A stretch of 57,898 nucleotides of DNA, filler included, from Squatina squatina (Eukaryota), in NCBI GenBank assembly GCA_031763465.1. It is 3 parts of 3 records of this genome, joined end to end, with 100 filler letters (N's around TTAATTAATTAA, not from the genome) between each part and the next. Parts side by side here need not be neighbours in the genome. Positions count along the whole stretch, not along the records: positions 1 to 13,295 come from JARFOE010000004.1; 2 more parts are not named here. One strand, 5' to 3'. How positions within the stretch are numbered: the first letter of the stretch is position 1; every line of letters starts with the position of its first letter. Made by a program: the position numbers and the translations under genes. Of the stretch, positions 1-11,300 are shown piece after piece. Below the pieces are notes generated by a model. That model ran no database searches. It was not told the DNA's origin and saw nothing but the letters and a program-made list of their open reading frames with translations.

Positions 1-484
1 AAAACCTGTTCTCTGTAGAGGTGGAAGGGATGATTTTATGTATGTGTGCTACCGACATGGAGTTTTGTAGACCTCCCCATCTTATGTCCATAATATTAAT
101 GGATAGAAAATCATGGGGAAAGTGCCTGTGGTCTCGTGATATGCACTCCCCGGCAGGCTCTGCGCTAACAGCAAGCATTTAGAAAATTGGCTCAATATTT
201 TTTTGGCTTTCATTAACTCCTAATGTTCCAAAACATATGCATGTAATAAATTGACCACTGAAACTGATAAACGGTTTGCATACATAAAACAAAATATTAA
301 TTATATCGTAAGGCTTTACCTGAAGAGGTGGGAATGGCCTCCAACTTCACACTTCTTGGGCCTGTAAGATTTACTTACTGATTGGAGTTTCCTCTCCCAT
401 TTTCTTAGCACATCATACGCTATCAATTTCTTTCATAAAATGTTTATATTAAAGATATCATTCTAAAAATAGCAGATTACTCTC

Positions 485-637
485 TGGTTATGAAATTGGC
501 CTACAACAGTAAGACAAAATGGGCTGGTAGTGAATCGGCATTGATTTCAATGGAAAAGAAACTTGGGTATGGTGGAAAATGCCGATTTGTTATTGACCTG
601 TTTTACACTACTGGTGTTAACTAATTTTGCCCCACTG
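485..637. mobile_element. Degenerate palindromic MITE
   Basis: Imperfect inverted ends (ggttatgaaattgg ... ctaattttgcccca); shares aaaatgggct and ctgttttacact with the element at 22758-23030. Confidence 0.5.
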
Positions 638-985
638 TTTAAACAAAAAAGTACTGTCAGAATACTCAACTATAATAATTGTTAGGTTTTAAGTGAATGC
701 AACACAATCTTATCCAGCCATACATAAATTTTAGTTTGACTTAACTTAAGGGCAAGAAAAAAAGCACCGTAGATGGCACCAAATTTGGAAATAAATGTAT
801 AGTTTTTTTACAGGCAAATGAAAACAAATAATGAATTTCACCAGTTCAAGACAATTAGCCCCAACAGTACTCCAAATTTTGATCTATTCTGGGGTCAGTA
901 AAGAATGATGATGGTGTAATTATTGTGTACATTCTGTACTTGAATGTGAAATACTGGCAGCTGGACTCGTGTAATATATTTTCAG

Positions 986-1065
986 GTATCCCAGCTGGAG
1001 TTGAGAAGTCCCTGGACCTGGAACCCTGGTTAGCTGAAACTCTGTTCCAGCACTCCATAGAGCCA
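986..1065 (+). CDS. Candidate exon of an unidentified gene
   Basis: ttttcag|...|gtaaga; open frame (G)IPAGVEKSLDLEPWLAETLFQHSIEP; no family recognised. Confidence 0.3.
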
Positions 1066-1404
1066 GTAAGAGAACCATAATAGGAACAATTAGATTCCAT
1101 TTAAGGCNNNNNNNNNNNNNNNNNNNNNNNNNNNNNNNNNNNNNNNNNNNNNNNNNNNNNNNNNNNNNNNNNNNNNNNNNNNNNNNNNNNNNNNNNNNNN
1201 NNNNNNNNNNNNNNNNNNNNNNNNNNNNNNNNNNNNNNNNNNNNNNNNNNNNNNNNNNNNNNNNNNNNNNNNNNNNNNNNNNNNNNNNNNNNNNNNNNNN
1301 NNNNNNNNNNNNNNNNNNNNNNNNNNNNNNNNNNNNNNNNNNNNNNNNNNNNNNNNNNNNNNNCTTTTCAAACTGTAATGTAACTTCTGTGTCTTTTCTT
1401 GCAG

Positions 1405-1505
1405 TTTGCTAATACCTGGGAGGCTGTGGCTTGTGGGAAAACCGAAGATCAACTTATTGTAACTGAACAAGCGCGCAAATACATGAACACCTTTTCTACC
1501 AGAAC
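1405..1505 (+). CDS. Candidate exon of an unidentified gene (3' end uncertain)
   Basis: Strong acceptor ttctgtgtcttttcttgcag; open frame FANTWEAVACGKTEDQLIVTEQARKYMNTFSTR; possible donors after 1458 or 1505. Confidence 0.3.
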
Positions 1506-1807
1506 GTTAGTCATGTAATCTTTTCCAACTAAGCATTAAGAAGTTTTGAAACACTTATTGTTGAGTCATGATCAACATTTCTTCTCATGAAGTTTCCACT
1601 GATGGATGTAGAACAATGTTGTATTAGAATAATTCAGAATGGCACAAAGTGCATTCTTCACTAAGCACATTTCTGTTGAGTTTGTCAGACGAGAGTGGTT
1701 GTATTTTCTAGCCAAAAAGACAAGTATCACATTTACCTACATTACATGATGCTTGGAGTTACAAAAATTACTTTGTATTTAAAAAAAGGTTGATTAACTA
1801 TTTTCAG

Positions 1808-1914
1808 TTGTGGAGAGCAGACTGGAACATATCAGTATTTCTTTTGTATTTGGTGGCGGACAAAGCAATTGGTCTTTGCAAGAACTTCAAGTCTGATTGT
1901 TGTAATTTAAACAT
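1808..1914 (+). other. Candidate exon, coding status unclear
   Basis: taactattttcag|...|gtaagt; one open frame LWRADWNISVFLLYLVADKAIGLCKNFKSDCCNLN. Confidence 0.3.
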
Positions 1915-2744
1915 GTAAGTTAATAAATTAAATGAAATGCACTGTTGACAAAATAGAGGTATAGCATTACTACAAACCAAATTAGATGAAAAAAATCAAG
2001 CTTTCAAAGATAGAAAATTGACTGGGTTTGAANNNNNNNNNNNNNNNNNNNNNNNNNNNNNNNNNNNNNNNNNNNNNNNNNNNNNNNNNNNNNNNNNNNN
2101 NNNNNNNNNNNNNNNNNNNNNNNNNNNNNNNNTTTTTAAATACTGATTGATGATCAGCTAAAATAGGAATAGTTGCTGCGTTAAAAGTGTTACTTCTGAA
2201 CTGAGCTGTCTGACTACTTTCAAACTACTGTAATTGCAATTTAATATCAGGGAGGGGTACTGAAGACAGAATTATCCTATAATCCATATTATTGTGGGTA
2301 AAATGAATCATCTTAAAGGGCAGCCCACTATGGCAAAGCATTTCAAGACACTTTTAACAGTGGAAGGTATAAAAACATGATGGCCACTGCCATGGCATGG
2401 ATAATATTTAGTGCTACAAATGTATTATTGTAGTTTTAATTTAAAATAATAAATAAATAAAAAATTACAAAGTTTATACTGCAGCAGGCTTTTGATGCAA
2501 GACAAACATGTTGGTGCAGTTCAAAAATTGAGCTTGTCCAAAATGTGCAGATATTCATTTAATGAATTTTTTTTCAGTTTATTTTAAGGTTTTCAAACAT
2601 GTGCAGACGTTCCAGTGTGACTAACTACCTTGATGTCAGAATCCAGATATCGTAATGCAAATGTTCCACTTAGTCCAATTAGTTCTTTTAAAAAATGTCA
2701 GAAATGGAGTTAGTTTACCCAAAGAAAACATTGATTAGAAAAGC

Positions 2745-2905
2745 CTAATGGCTAAGTGGGTAAAAACGTTAACTGTTGTGCTACTAAGCTATATAGACCA
2801 GAAGGTTCCAGGTTTGATTCAGTCCGTGCTGAATTAGCTGATCTCAGTGGTATGCTACAATTGACCCCTGTGCTCCGAGGAAAGAAGAAAAACCTGCCAG
2901 GATTC
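2745..2905 (+). mobile_element. tRNA-derived SINE, 5' part
   Basis: A-box-like tggctaagtgg and B-box-like ggtttgattc; related segments recur near 15190-15254, 19331-19460 and 22680-23310. Confidence 0.55.
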
Positions 2906-3469
2906 AGTGATCTCCACTGAAAGTGTATATGGGGTAGAATTCTNNNNNNNNNNNNNNNNNNNNNNNNNNNNNNNNNNNNNNNNNNNNNNNNNNNNNNNNN
3001 NNNNNNNNNNNNNNNNNNNNNNNNNNNNNNNNNNNNNNNNNNNACTTCGGTGGAAGATCTGTGGACACCCCAGAGAAATCACCGAGTCTTTGGGGTTTCC
3101 GTAGATCTTTGGCCACACTTACAGCGGATGACCAGGAAAACCTCCAGAGAAATTAATTGCCTATGTATTTGTGTGCGTGGATTTTGGGGGAGAACAGAAT
3201 CAAGCTGGCCTGTGATGCTGTCCGCTGTTGAGTAGCCTGCCAACAGCAACATTAAAAAAAAATCTTTTTGGTTGAAGTATTGGTTGACTGCCAATGCCCA
3301 TGGAATCATGTCCAGCAATCAGTTCCTTGAAGGAAACAAAAATAGTAGCTACAAATGTTTGTCATCATCACATGGGATAGGAGGGGCTACGAGAGAAGTT
3401 GTCAATTATGCAAAAAATTGTACTGGAATTTTCATGACATTTCAATGTTAAATGCGCCCTTACAATTCC

Positions 3470-3852
3470 TTTTTCTTAGGCAGTCCCTTGAGGTCGAGAT
3501 GACTTGATTCCACTCCGGAGTTGTGGGTTCTGAGGTGGCTGAAAAGTCCAATACGGGATCCGCAAACTCAACCACAGGTGGGGCAGGTGCTATTTGATGG
3601 GATGAGTAGATGGGATGCTCGGGTTTCCGTGCGCTCCTTCTACAGCCTGCGCTTGGCCTCCACGTGCTCCCGCCGGAGAAGCTCGAGATGGTTGGCGCCT
3701 TCGTGGGTGCTTCTCCTCCAGTTCGGGCGGTCTTGGGCCAGAGATTTCCATGAGTCAGTGGGGATGTTACTTTTTTTTTCCAGGGAGGCTTTGAGGATGT
3801 CCTTGAAGCACTCCTTCTGCCCTCCTGGTAATCGCTTGCCACATCAAGACGA
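3470..3852 (-). mobile_element. RTE-clade LINE, 3' end, decayed
   Basis: Minus strand KRLPGGQKECFKDILKASL...SWKSLAQDRPNWRR...TCPTCG*VCGSRIGLFSHLRTH (C-terminal zinc finger); homologous copies at 28655-29001 and 42056-42146. Confidence 0.85.
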
Positions 3853-6800
3853 GTTGCTTGAAGGATCTCAACAGCATGGGGGAACAAGGGAGGGAAAAAA
3901 GTTACTCATGATATACTGCAGTATATCAACTGAACACTTTTCAGTGTGAGATTGCCTGAGAAACTACTCTTCCAAAAAGGTGACAAACATTAATTAACAC
4001 GATACAATTATCTTTTTTTTTAAAGTAATCTTAACTGTAACATGGCTTTATACCTTCTCCCTAACCAGCTTCTTACTAAATGTAATGATCAACTTGCCAC
4101 AGCCATGATGAACAAACTTTAAAAAAGGGAACCACTTTAAAATAAACAACTCCTGGTACAATCCTCTTGCCAGGCTTTGCACAAATATCTCTGAACTTGT
4201 TCAGGATGATGATCATTTGAAGGAATTGATTGATAAAGCAAACCGCTGCCACCTTTTCCTACAAAACATTTTACAAAAAGTTGAAATGATCATGGTTTGT
4301 TAATAGGCTTTAAACTTTAAATGAAAAACTGATGCATTTATTTGCCTCACCCACTTCAGACAACGGAGTCGAACCGTCAAATATACCTTTTCAAAAAATA
4401 ACTTTTGAATTGTTGACTGTTACGAACAATGAACAGTCTTCAGCAATCTAGGTTTAGTGCGATGTGCCTCAATGTGTGGCTGACCCCTTGGGAGTTGAAG
4501 CGGAAACAGGTCTTGCATTTGAAAATGTTAAAGTACTACAGTGATTCCTCGAACATCTGCATCCAGACATTTTAATCATCTGGTCGAGCATAATTTCTAT
4601 CTGCTAAGGAAATAACTTACCANNNNNNNNNNNNNNNNNNNNNNNNNNNNNNNNNNNNNNNNNNNNNNNNNNNNNNNNNNNNNNNNNNNNNNNNNNNNNN
4701 NNNNNNNNNNNNNNNNNNNNNNNNNNNNNNNNNNNNNNNNNNNNNNNNNNNNNNNNNNNNNNNNNNNNNNNNNNNNNNNNNNNNNNNNNNNNNNNNNNNN
4801 NNNNNNNNNNNNNNNNNNNNNNNNNNNNNNNNNNNNNNNNNNNNNNNNNNNNNNNNNNNNNNNNNNNNNNNNNNNNNNNNNNNNATCTACTTAGTTTCAA
4901 ATGAGTACAGTACTTTTACTGTAAATTTCCATTTGGGTTTCTGTTACATCTCCATATAAAAGTTGAAAAAAAAAACTTCTATTGGCCAGCATTGTAGCAA
5001 CCACATAACTATGTATTCAGAACAAACCAAACTGGGTGTTTCAGTTTGCCTGACCTGTCATATAAAAATTAATTGCAGGATGTTGTGAAAATGGCTTGGT
5101 TCCAAGTATTTCATGTCACATTCTATTGAGCTTGGTTTCCCCATTTCTATATTTGTGAACAACAAAATCACCGAGTGGTTAACAACTGTGCAACAATGCA
5201 CTTTACGATCTTTCTCATGTATGGCATACTTGCATTAAATCATTGTTCTCAAGGAAAATACCAACACTTTCCCCACTAACCTGTGTCCATTTCCAATTAA
5301 AATGCACTGTTAATTTTCAGTTTTAGATAGGGTCAGTAGTAGCTAATTCATTGGCATTGTAATGACCTGTCATTCACTGCACTGGAATGCTATTAAAAAA
5401 ATTGTAGCGCTCCCAATGCAATAAGGAAAGAGCAGTCCATTATTTTAGTTACACAATGCTAGACGGAGAGTCTTTGGATGACTGCTGACATGTGCCAAGC
5501 ATGTTGTCTGCCTGTTGCTGTGCAATGCTCCACTTCAGAATCTCCAGGGGGCATATTATTCTCTCTTCTGAAAAATGGTCTGTGCAAGGCACGCTGTAGT
5601 ACTTGCAGACAAAATAAAAAGGCAAGTTCACGTTAAGTTGGAGTGTGTCTGTTAGGAAGTTAGCAAGCGATTCCAAAATGTGTATGAGCTCATCCTTGTA
5701 AATGATGTAATGATACAGACACCATTAAATAACAAAAGCAAACATTCACATCCGTGCACTTCATAGTTTAAACATCTTGCATCACAATTAATTGTTGCTA
5801 CACTGCAGTTAAACATGAAGATCAAGTTAAAGCGGTATTCTTTAAGGTGACTGCAGTTGTGGTTCAATCTTGGAAGTCAAGGCTCAGTGTGCACTTTATT
5901 AAAATGGACAGTGGTGAAACAGTGATTATATTTATTTTCTTATGTCTTTTTAAAGTTTCTAAATTCTACCATGGATTCACTAAGTCCAAAGAGCTCCACT
6001 GGAGAGAAATATCAACTTGTTCTTGCTTTTAAGGTCAGTACGATTGTTACTCAATATATTTTCAAATTAGCACTTTTTTTTTTAAAGCACTGAAGCATGG
6101 ATCCTTGTAATAAAGTTCAACTGGACTACTAGAAATACTTAGTTTGATTTTCTGTGCACTGTCTTGTGGTTATTTTGCTGATTGAAGTAAAGATTGACAT
6201 AGTGGGGGTGTGTGTGTGATGTTAAAGTAGATTAACTGCATTTTTAATCCCATTTTTGTCTCTCAAAAAGTTAACAAAAGACACATCAAAATATATACCT
6301 TAGCAGATATGTCATAGCTGACCATAAATNNNNNNNNNNNNNNNNNNNNNNNNNNNNNNNNNNNNNNNNNNNNNNNNNNNNNNNNNNNNNNNNNNNNNNN
6401 NNNNNNNNNNNNNNNNNNNNNNNNNNNNNGGAGATTAATTGTTTACTCTTTTGTGAAGACAGAACCAAAATATGTATTTAATTGTTCTGCCAAGTCTGAA
6501 TTCCCCATTATAAATTCCCCCGTTTCTGAAGTTTTTAATGGAGGTAGGATGATGGGCAGGTAACTAATCCGCTCTCAGAATGTGGTTCGGCCATTGAAAC
6601 CGCACTTCCGGTTTTCCCAACCAGAACTCCTATCCCTTGAGCCGAAACTCCACCCCAGTAAATTTCGGGGCCCTGGTCTGTCAAAGTATTTGTTGGTTAG
6701 TTGGATAGATCAGGAGTATATAGTGGTAATCTATTATTTCAAGTATGTACCTTTTTTTGTTAAAAAGGTTCATTGTTCACCCTGTGACCCACAATTGCAG

Positions 6801-7484
6801 ATGACTTTGCCAATAAAATCATGTTTCGGTTCCTGTGGTTGTGAACCTTTCACTAGGGCATGGGGGAAAGTTTATGGAGTGTGCCTGAATTATAAAAGTA
6901 GGTTTGCTTATGATTCTACAAATGATGAGTTACTGCTGCTGAGGTTAGGGACAATGAGCTGAAACCAGTTGACACTCCACATGATGATAGTTAGGAAATC
7001 TTGTCCTTGGGCTGCTCTATTTGCACAGTGAAGTCCTGGAAGCGGGTTGCCTTCTTGACTTAACTGTGGCATTGGAAAACCAGAGAAAGAAGGGAGGAAA
7101 ACTGCAAACATATATTTCAGATTCTTTTTAAATATAAAGCCTTGTATTTATTAAACAAGTGCTTGTGCCTTTTCTTGTTTCTGCTTTGGACAAAGTATAC
7201 TCCATTCACCTGAGGAATTAGAGCAGAAGGAAGTAATGAATGTAGTACCTCATTAGTAACTCTGCATCGCCAGTCACCGCAGAAAGGCCAGCAGCCCAGC
7301 CATTTTTCATTGCTGTCTGTGCATGCTTATATTGGACCATTGTTCACTCTAAGTAATCCTGACAGCATTGAGATGGAATACTTTGTACAGCGTTTCGTTC
7401 TTGCTCTGAACAAAATGTCTTAACTTTTCCAACTGCAACTGTTGAAACAGGACAAACACCTTGAAGTTAATGCATAAAGTGGGC

Positions 7485-7757
7485 AAGTGCTGAAGCATTA
7501 AATCAAGGCTGTCTGCTCTCTCAGGTGGGTGTAAACGATCCCACGGCCACTATTTTGAAGAGGAGCAGGGGAGTTTTTCCTGGGGTCCTGGCCAATACTT
7601 ATCCCTCAATCAACAGCACTAAAATAGATTGCTATCTGTGGGACTTCGCTGTGTTTTCTACATTACAACAACAACTAAAATTCAAAAGTACATCATTGGC
7701 TGTAAAGCACTTTGGGACATCCCAAGGTCGTGAAAGTTACTATATAAATGCAAGTTA
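7485..7757 (+). mobile_element. Deu-domain SINE (SacSINE1/AmnSINE1-like) with L2-type tail
   Basis: Core ctctctcaggtgggtgtaaacgatccc...gtcctggccaatacttatccctcaa and tail gtaaagcactttgggacatcc...tatataaatgcaagtt. Confidence 0.75.
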
Positions 7758-8162
7758 ATTCTCTTTAAAGCAGGTTCACAGTGAGCCAAAATAGAGTACT
7801 TCTGGTTTATTGTGAAATACCAATTGGAGCCCAGTTCATACTGTTGAGTCTGCTGCACCTCCCAAAATGTGCCTTCTAGATAAAAACCTATGCTTAAACC
7901 TGTGAGGTTTAGGGAGCAATAATAACCTGAACCTGGATAGTTTACTGCAGAACTCAGTCACAGCACATAGAAAGGTACAGGCTCAGGAAGAGGAGTGCGT
8001 TACTGACAGTCAGTAGGGTCCGGGCAGGGAAGGAGGGGTCGGAGACTCTGGTCCTGTCCAACNNNNNNNNNNNNNNNNNNNNNNNNNNNNNNNNNNNNNN
8101 NNNNNNNNNNNNNNNNNNNNNNNNNNNNNNNNNNNNNNNNNNNNNNNNNNNNNNNNNNNNNN

Positions 8163-8292
8163 CCATACCAGGCTGTGATGCAACCAGTCAGAATGTTCTC
8201 CACTGTATATCTATAGAAATTTGTAAGAGTCTTTGGTGACGTACCAAATCTCCTCAAACTCCTAACGAAGTAGAGCTGCTGTCATGCCTTCT
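8163..8292 (-). mobile_element. Rex1/Babar-like LINE fragment
   Basis: LYFVRSLRRFGTSPKTLTNFYRYTVENILTGCITAWY, typical of the Rex1-type post-RT region. Confidence 0.7.
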
Positions 8293-8909
8293 TGTGTTCT
8301 CCTAATCACTCCCAACTTGGGTGTGATCCACCCATATTAATTTCTCCATCTTTTAAACAATTTCAGCAACAGTGCAAGACACTGCCCTACAGAGTTTCTC
8401 CAGACAATTCTAGATAATAGTTTACTCAAGATATATAGAGGATAAAGCTCTGATCAAGACGATGATGCAACAATTGTCCTGTAACAAATTATTTGAATGC
8501 ATCATTTAACATATCACCATTAACCATTCTTTACACATGATATGAGCCAATGAAACTATGCCAAAAGAAAACTTTGTAATAATCTGTCAGTCACATGGCA
8601 TTATTCTTAAGTCATATTTGTTTAATACTCTTTTACTAGTAGTCATTTAGCAGTGAACAATCAGGCAAAAGGCAAATTGCCTGCAATGGTAAGCATCATC
8701 CCCCAGCAAAAAAAAAAATTACTAGAATGATACCTGCTAAATATTACACAAAATAAAAAAACACTATATTTGAGGCAGCGATGGTAAAACAATCAAGGAA
8801 TTTAGATGACAAGATTAGCATTGCTGCATCTCACAGCTTGCACACTGCCAGCGACATCACCCAAACAGATTGCACTACACTTACAGATACTCTTCCCTCT
8901 CTCTTGCAG

Positions 8910-9602
8910 GACAAGGTGGTGCACAACCAGAGGGGGACAGGTATGCCTGCATGTCCTAACCCCCATGGAGGAGACGGTGCTGCTGGCCATTATTGGAACA
9001 GCCATTGCTGAGGCCAGGGCCAGCAGCGGGCTGAAGCCATTGAAGATGGCGGTATCCTCATCCCTAATCCTCCTTCTCAATTCACACAATCTCTTCTGAT
9101 TTACAAGCTGTTGATGGTGTAGCATGCACCTCTTACTTTCCTCCCCATCCTTTACCACAACCTTACCCATATGCCTTTTTTCCTTTCAGATACCCAAAAG
9201 GTGCAGCCTGGCCAAGAAGTGGAGGAATACCAAGAAAGTGAAGACACAGCATCGTCACTTGATTTCACACTCGCAGCCACCAGCTCAGATACTGACACTG
9301 CACTTATCTTAGAAAATAGGTCAGAGGCATGATCTGCACATGGTGAAACACCGGGCACGAGTGCACTGCAGCCAGGGCAGGAGGCAAGGATGGCGCAGGT
9401 GCCAGCTCACCGGAGGGCGAGGCTGCATACAGATTCTGCTGCAGGGGACTCAGATGAGGACTTTGATGGAGCAGCCTACAGAAGAACGCTGATGGGTATG
9501 CTTGGTGCATTGGGAAGCCTGCCAAAAAACCTCCTTTCAATGTCAAGAAGTATGGAGGAGTCCAACACCAACTTGGCACAGGGTTTTGCACATAACTTGT
9601 AG
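8910..9602 (+). pseudogene. Harbinger Myb/SANT-like second gene remnant, spliced
   Basis: ctctcttgcag|DKVVHNQR..(frameshift)..TRGGQVCLHVLTPMEETVLLAIIG resembles the TGGG...LTPxEExVL segment after Myb/SANT domains; second acceptor tcctttcag at about 9189. Confidence 0.6.
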
Positions 9603-9713
9603 CCCATCCTTTCNNNNNNNNNNNNNNNNNNNNNNNNNNNNNNNNNNNNNNNNNNNNNNNNNNNNNNNNNNNNNNNNNNNNNNNNNNNNNNNNNNNNNNN
9701 NNNNNNNNNNNNN

Positions 9714-10158
9714 CGCCAGGTTGACAGAGTCGAAGGCTTTCGTAAGGCCGAAGAAGGCCATGTATAAATGTCGATGCTGCTCCCTGCATTTTTCCTGAAT
9801 TTGGCACGCACTGAAAATCATGTCTGTTGTTCCCCTGGACGGGCGGAAGCCGCATTGTGACTCAGGGAGGAGCTCTTCAGCCACTAGCAGGAGATGGTTG
9901 AGGAGGATTCTTGCGATGACCTTCCCTGTGGGAGACAGCAGGAGACCCCTGTTAGTTACCGCGATCGGACTTGTCTCCTTTCTTAAAGATGGTAACGATT
10001 ATGGCATCCCTGAGATCACCTGGCATGCTCTTCTCCTCCCAAATATGGGAGATGAGGTCACAGATTCGCGCCGTGAGTGCCTCTCCGCCGTATTTTAGTA
10101 TTTCAGCAGGGATTCCGTCTGCGTCGGAGGCCTTGTTGTCTTTCAGCTGGGGTAGCAC
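9714..10158 (-). mobile_element. RTE LINE reverse-transcriptase fragment nested in the Harbinger element
   Basis: KASDADGIPAEILKYGG...DAIIVTIFKKGDKSDRGN...LPESQCGFRPSRGTTDMIF...LYMAFFGLTKAFDSVN. Confidence 0.9.
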
Positions 10159-10410
10159 TGCGCAGGAGCACTAGGACCGGCAAATGCACATGGAAGATAG
10201 GCACTAAGGGAATGCAGAAGTGTGATTAGTTTACATTTGTATGCAATATGGCAAGATTTGATTTATAAATTTGGTTTGGAATGTTTATTTTGTGGTGGCT
10301 TTTATTTTTGAATTGTGGCCAAGTGGATGCTGTGATGGTCAGTGACAGAGGGAAGGTAAGGTGTTGGTGAATGAGGAATTGGGGTTGTGGTTACTGGTAT
10401 CGCACTCAAA

Positions 10411-11300
10411 TTAGTTCTTGATGGACAGCCAGGGCAGAAAGAGGCTGTCTAGGTTGACTTCTCCCTTCCTCTTCCTCCTCCTCAGCTGCACAGCTGGTGG
10501 CAAGGGCTGACCCCTCATTATGGCAAGGTTATGCAGCAGACCACCACAAATCTTGACACCCACTCTGCCGAGGGCTCCGCCAGAGTGTTCCAGGTAGCGG
10601 AAGCAGTGTTTCAGAACTCCAATGGTCTGTTCTATCACATTTCGTGTGGCAGCCTGGCTCTCATTGTATGCATGCTGCGCCCGTGTGTGGGTTGTGCACT
10701 GGAGCCGTGAGTCATGTCGTCAGGGGATAGCCCTTGTCGCCCAGTAACCACCCTTTAGTTTTGGTTTGTTGTGGTGGCTCAAATGCAGCTGGCACAGCAG
10801 GTTACCATAGAATGAAGGTGTATGGCAGAGTTGACACGTGGCACCCGCAAAGTGATGTGTGTGCAGTCAATAGCACCCTGCACCAGCATGTCATCCCAGC
10901 AAATCCACATGCTCGCTCTGTCTGCTGGTCTCCAGCAAGACAGAATGAAATGCATTTAGATCTCTGAATAGAAAGCCTTGGTGACCACAATTACGCAACG
11001 GTGGACAGCAAACTGCGAGATGTTGCAAATAACTCCGGCAGCAGTCTGGAAGGAGCCAGACGCATAAAAGTTCGTTGCCACGGTCACCTTCACAGCCACT
11101 GGCGATGCGATCCTTGCCCTGATCTGAGGCTGCAGTTGTGGCTGCAGCAGATGGCAGATTTCAGTGAGATCAGCCTTATTGAAGTGCAGGCATCTCACAC
11201 ATTGTTTCTCGCTGAGGTTCAGGTAAAATTGCTCCCTGAACCCCCTGGGTGGAAACGGCCTCCTGCCGAGAGCCTTTCTTCTCCTTCTTCCAGCAGCTTG
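10411..11300 (-). pseudogene. HARBI1-like DDE transposase, frameshifted
   Basis: EICHLLQPQLQP...VAVKVTVATNFYASGSFQ...ISQFAVHRC; GAIDCTH; GWLLGDKGYP (about 10725-10753); YNESQAATRNVIEQTIGVLKHCFRYL. Confidence 0.88.

Noticed and set aside
320-361. Minus-strand mini-exon (cttacag|...|gtaaag) as a TDRD3 exon
   Set aside because: The translation does not resemble TDRD3, it is separated by two linkers, and it is too short to support.
2745-2830. tRNA gene
   Set aside because: Only degenerate A/B boxes with no cloverleaf; it continues into a SINE body found elsewhere in the window.
10411-11300. Domesticated HARBI1 host gene
   Set aside because: Multiple frameshifts and deletions, plus the convergent Myb-like gene, indicate a dead transposon.
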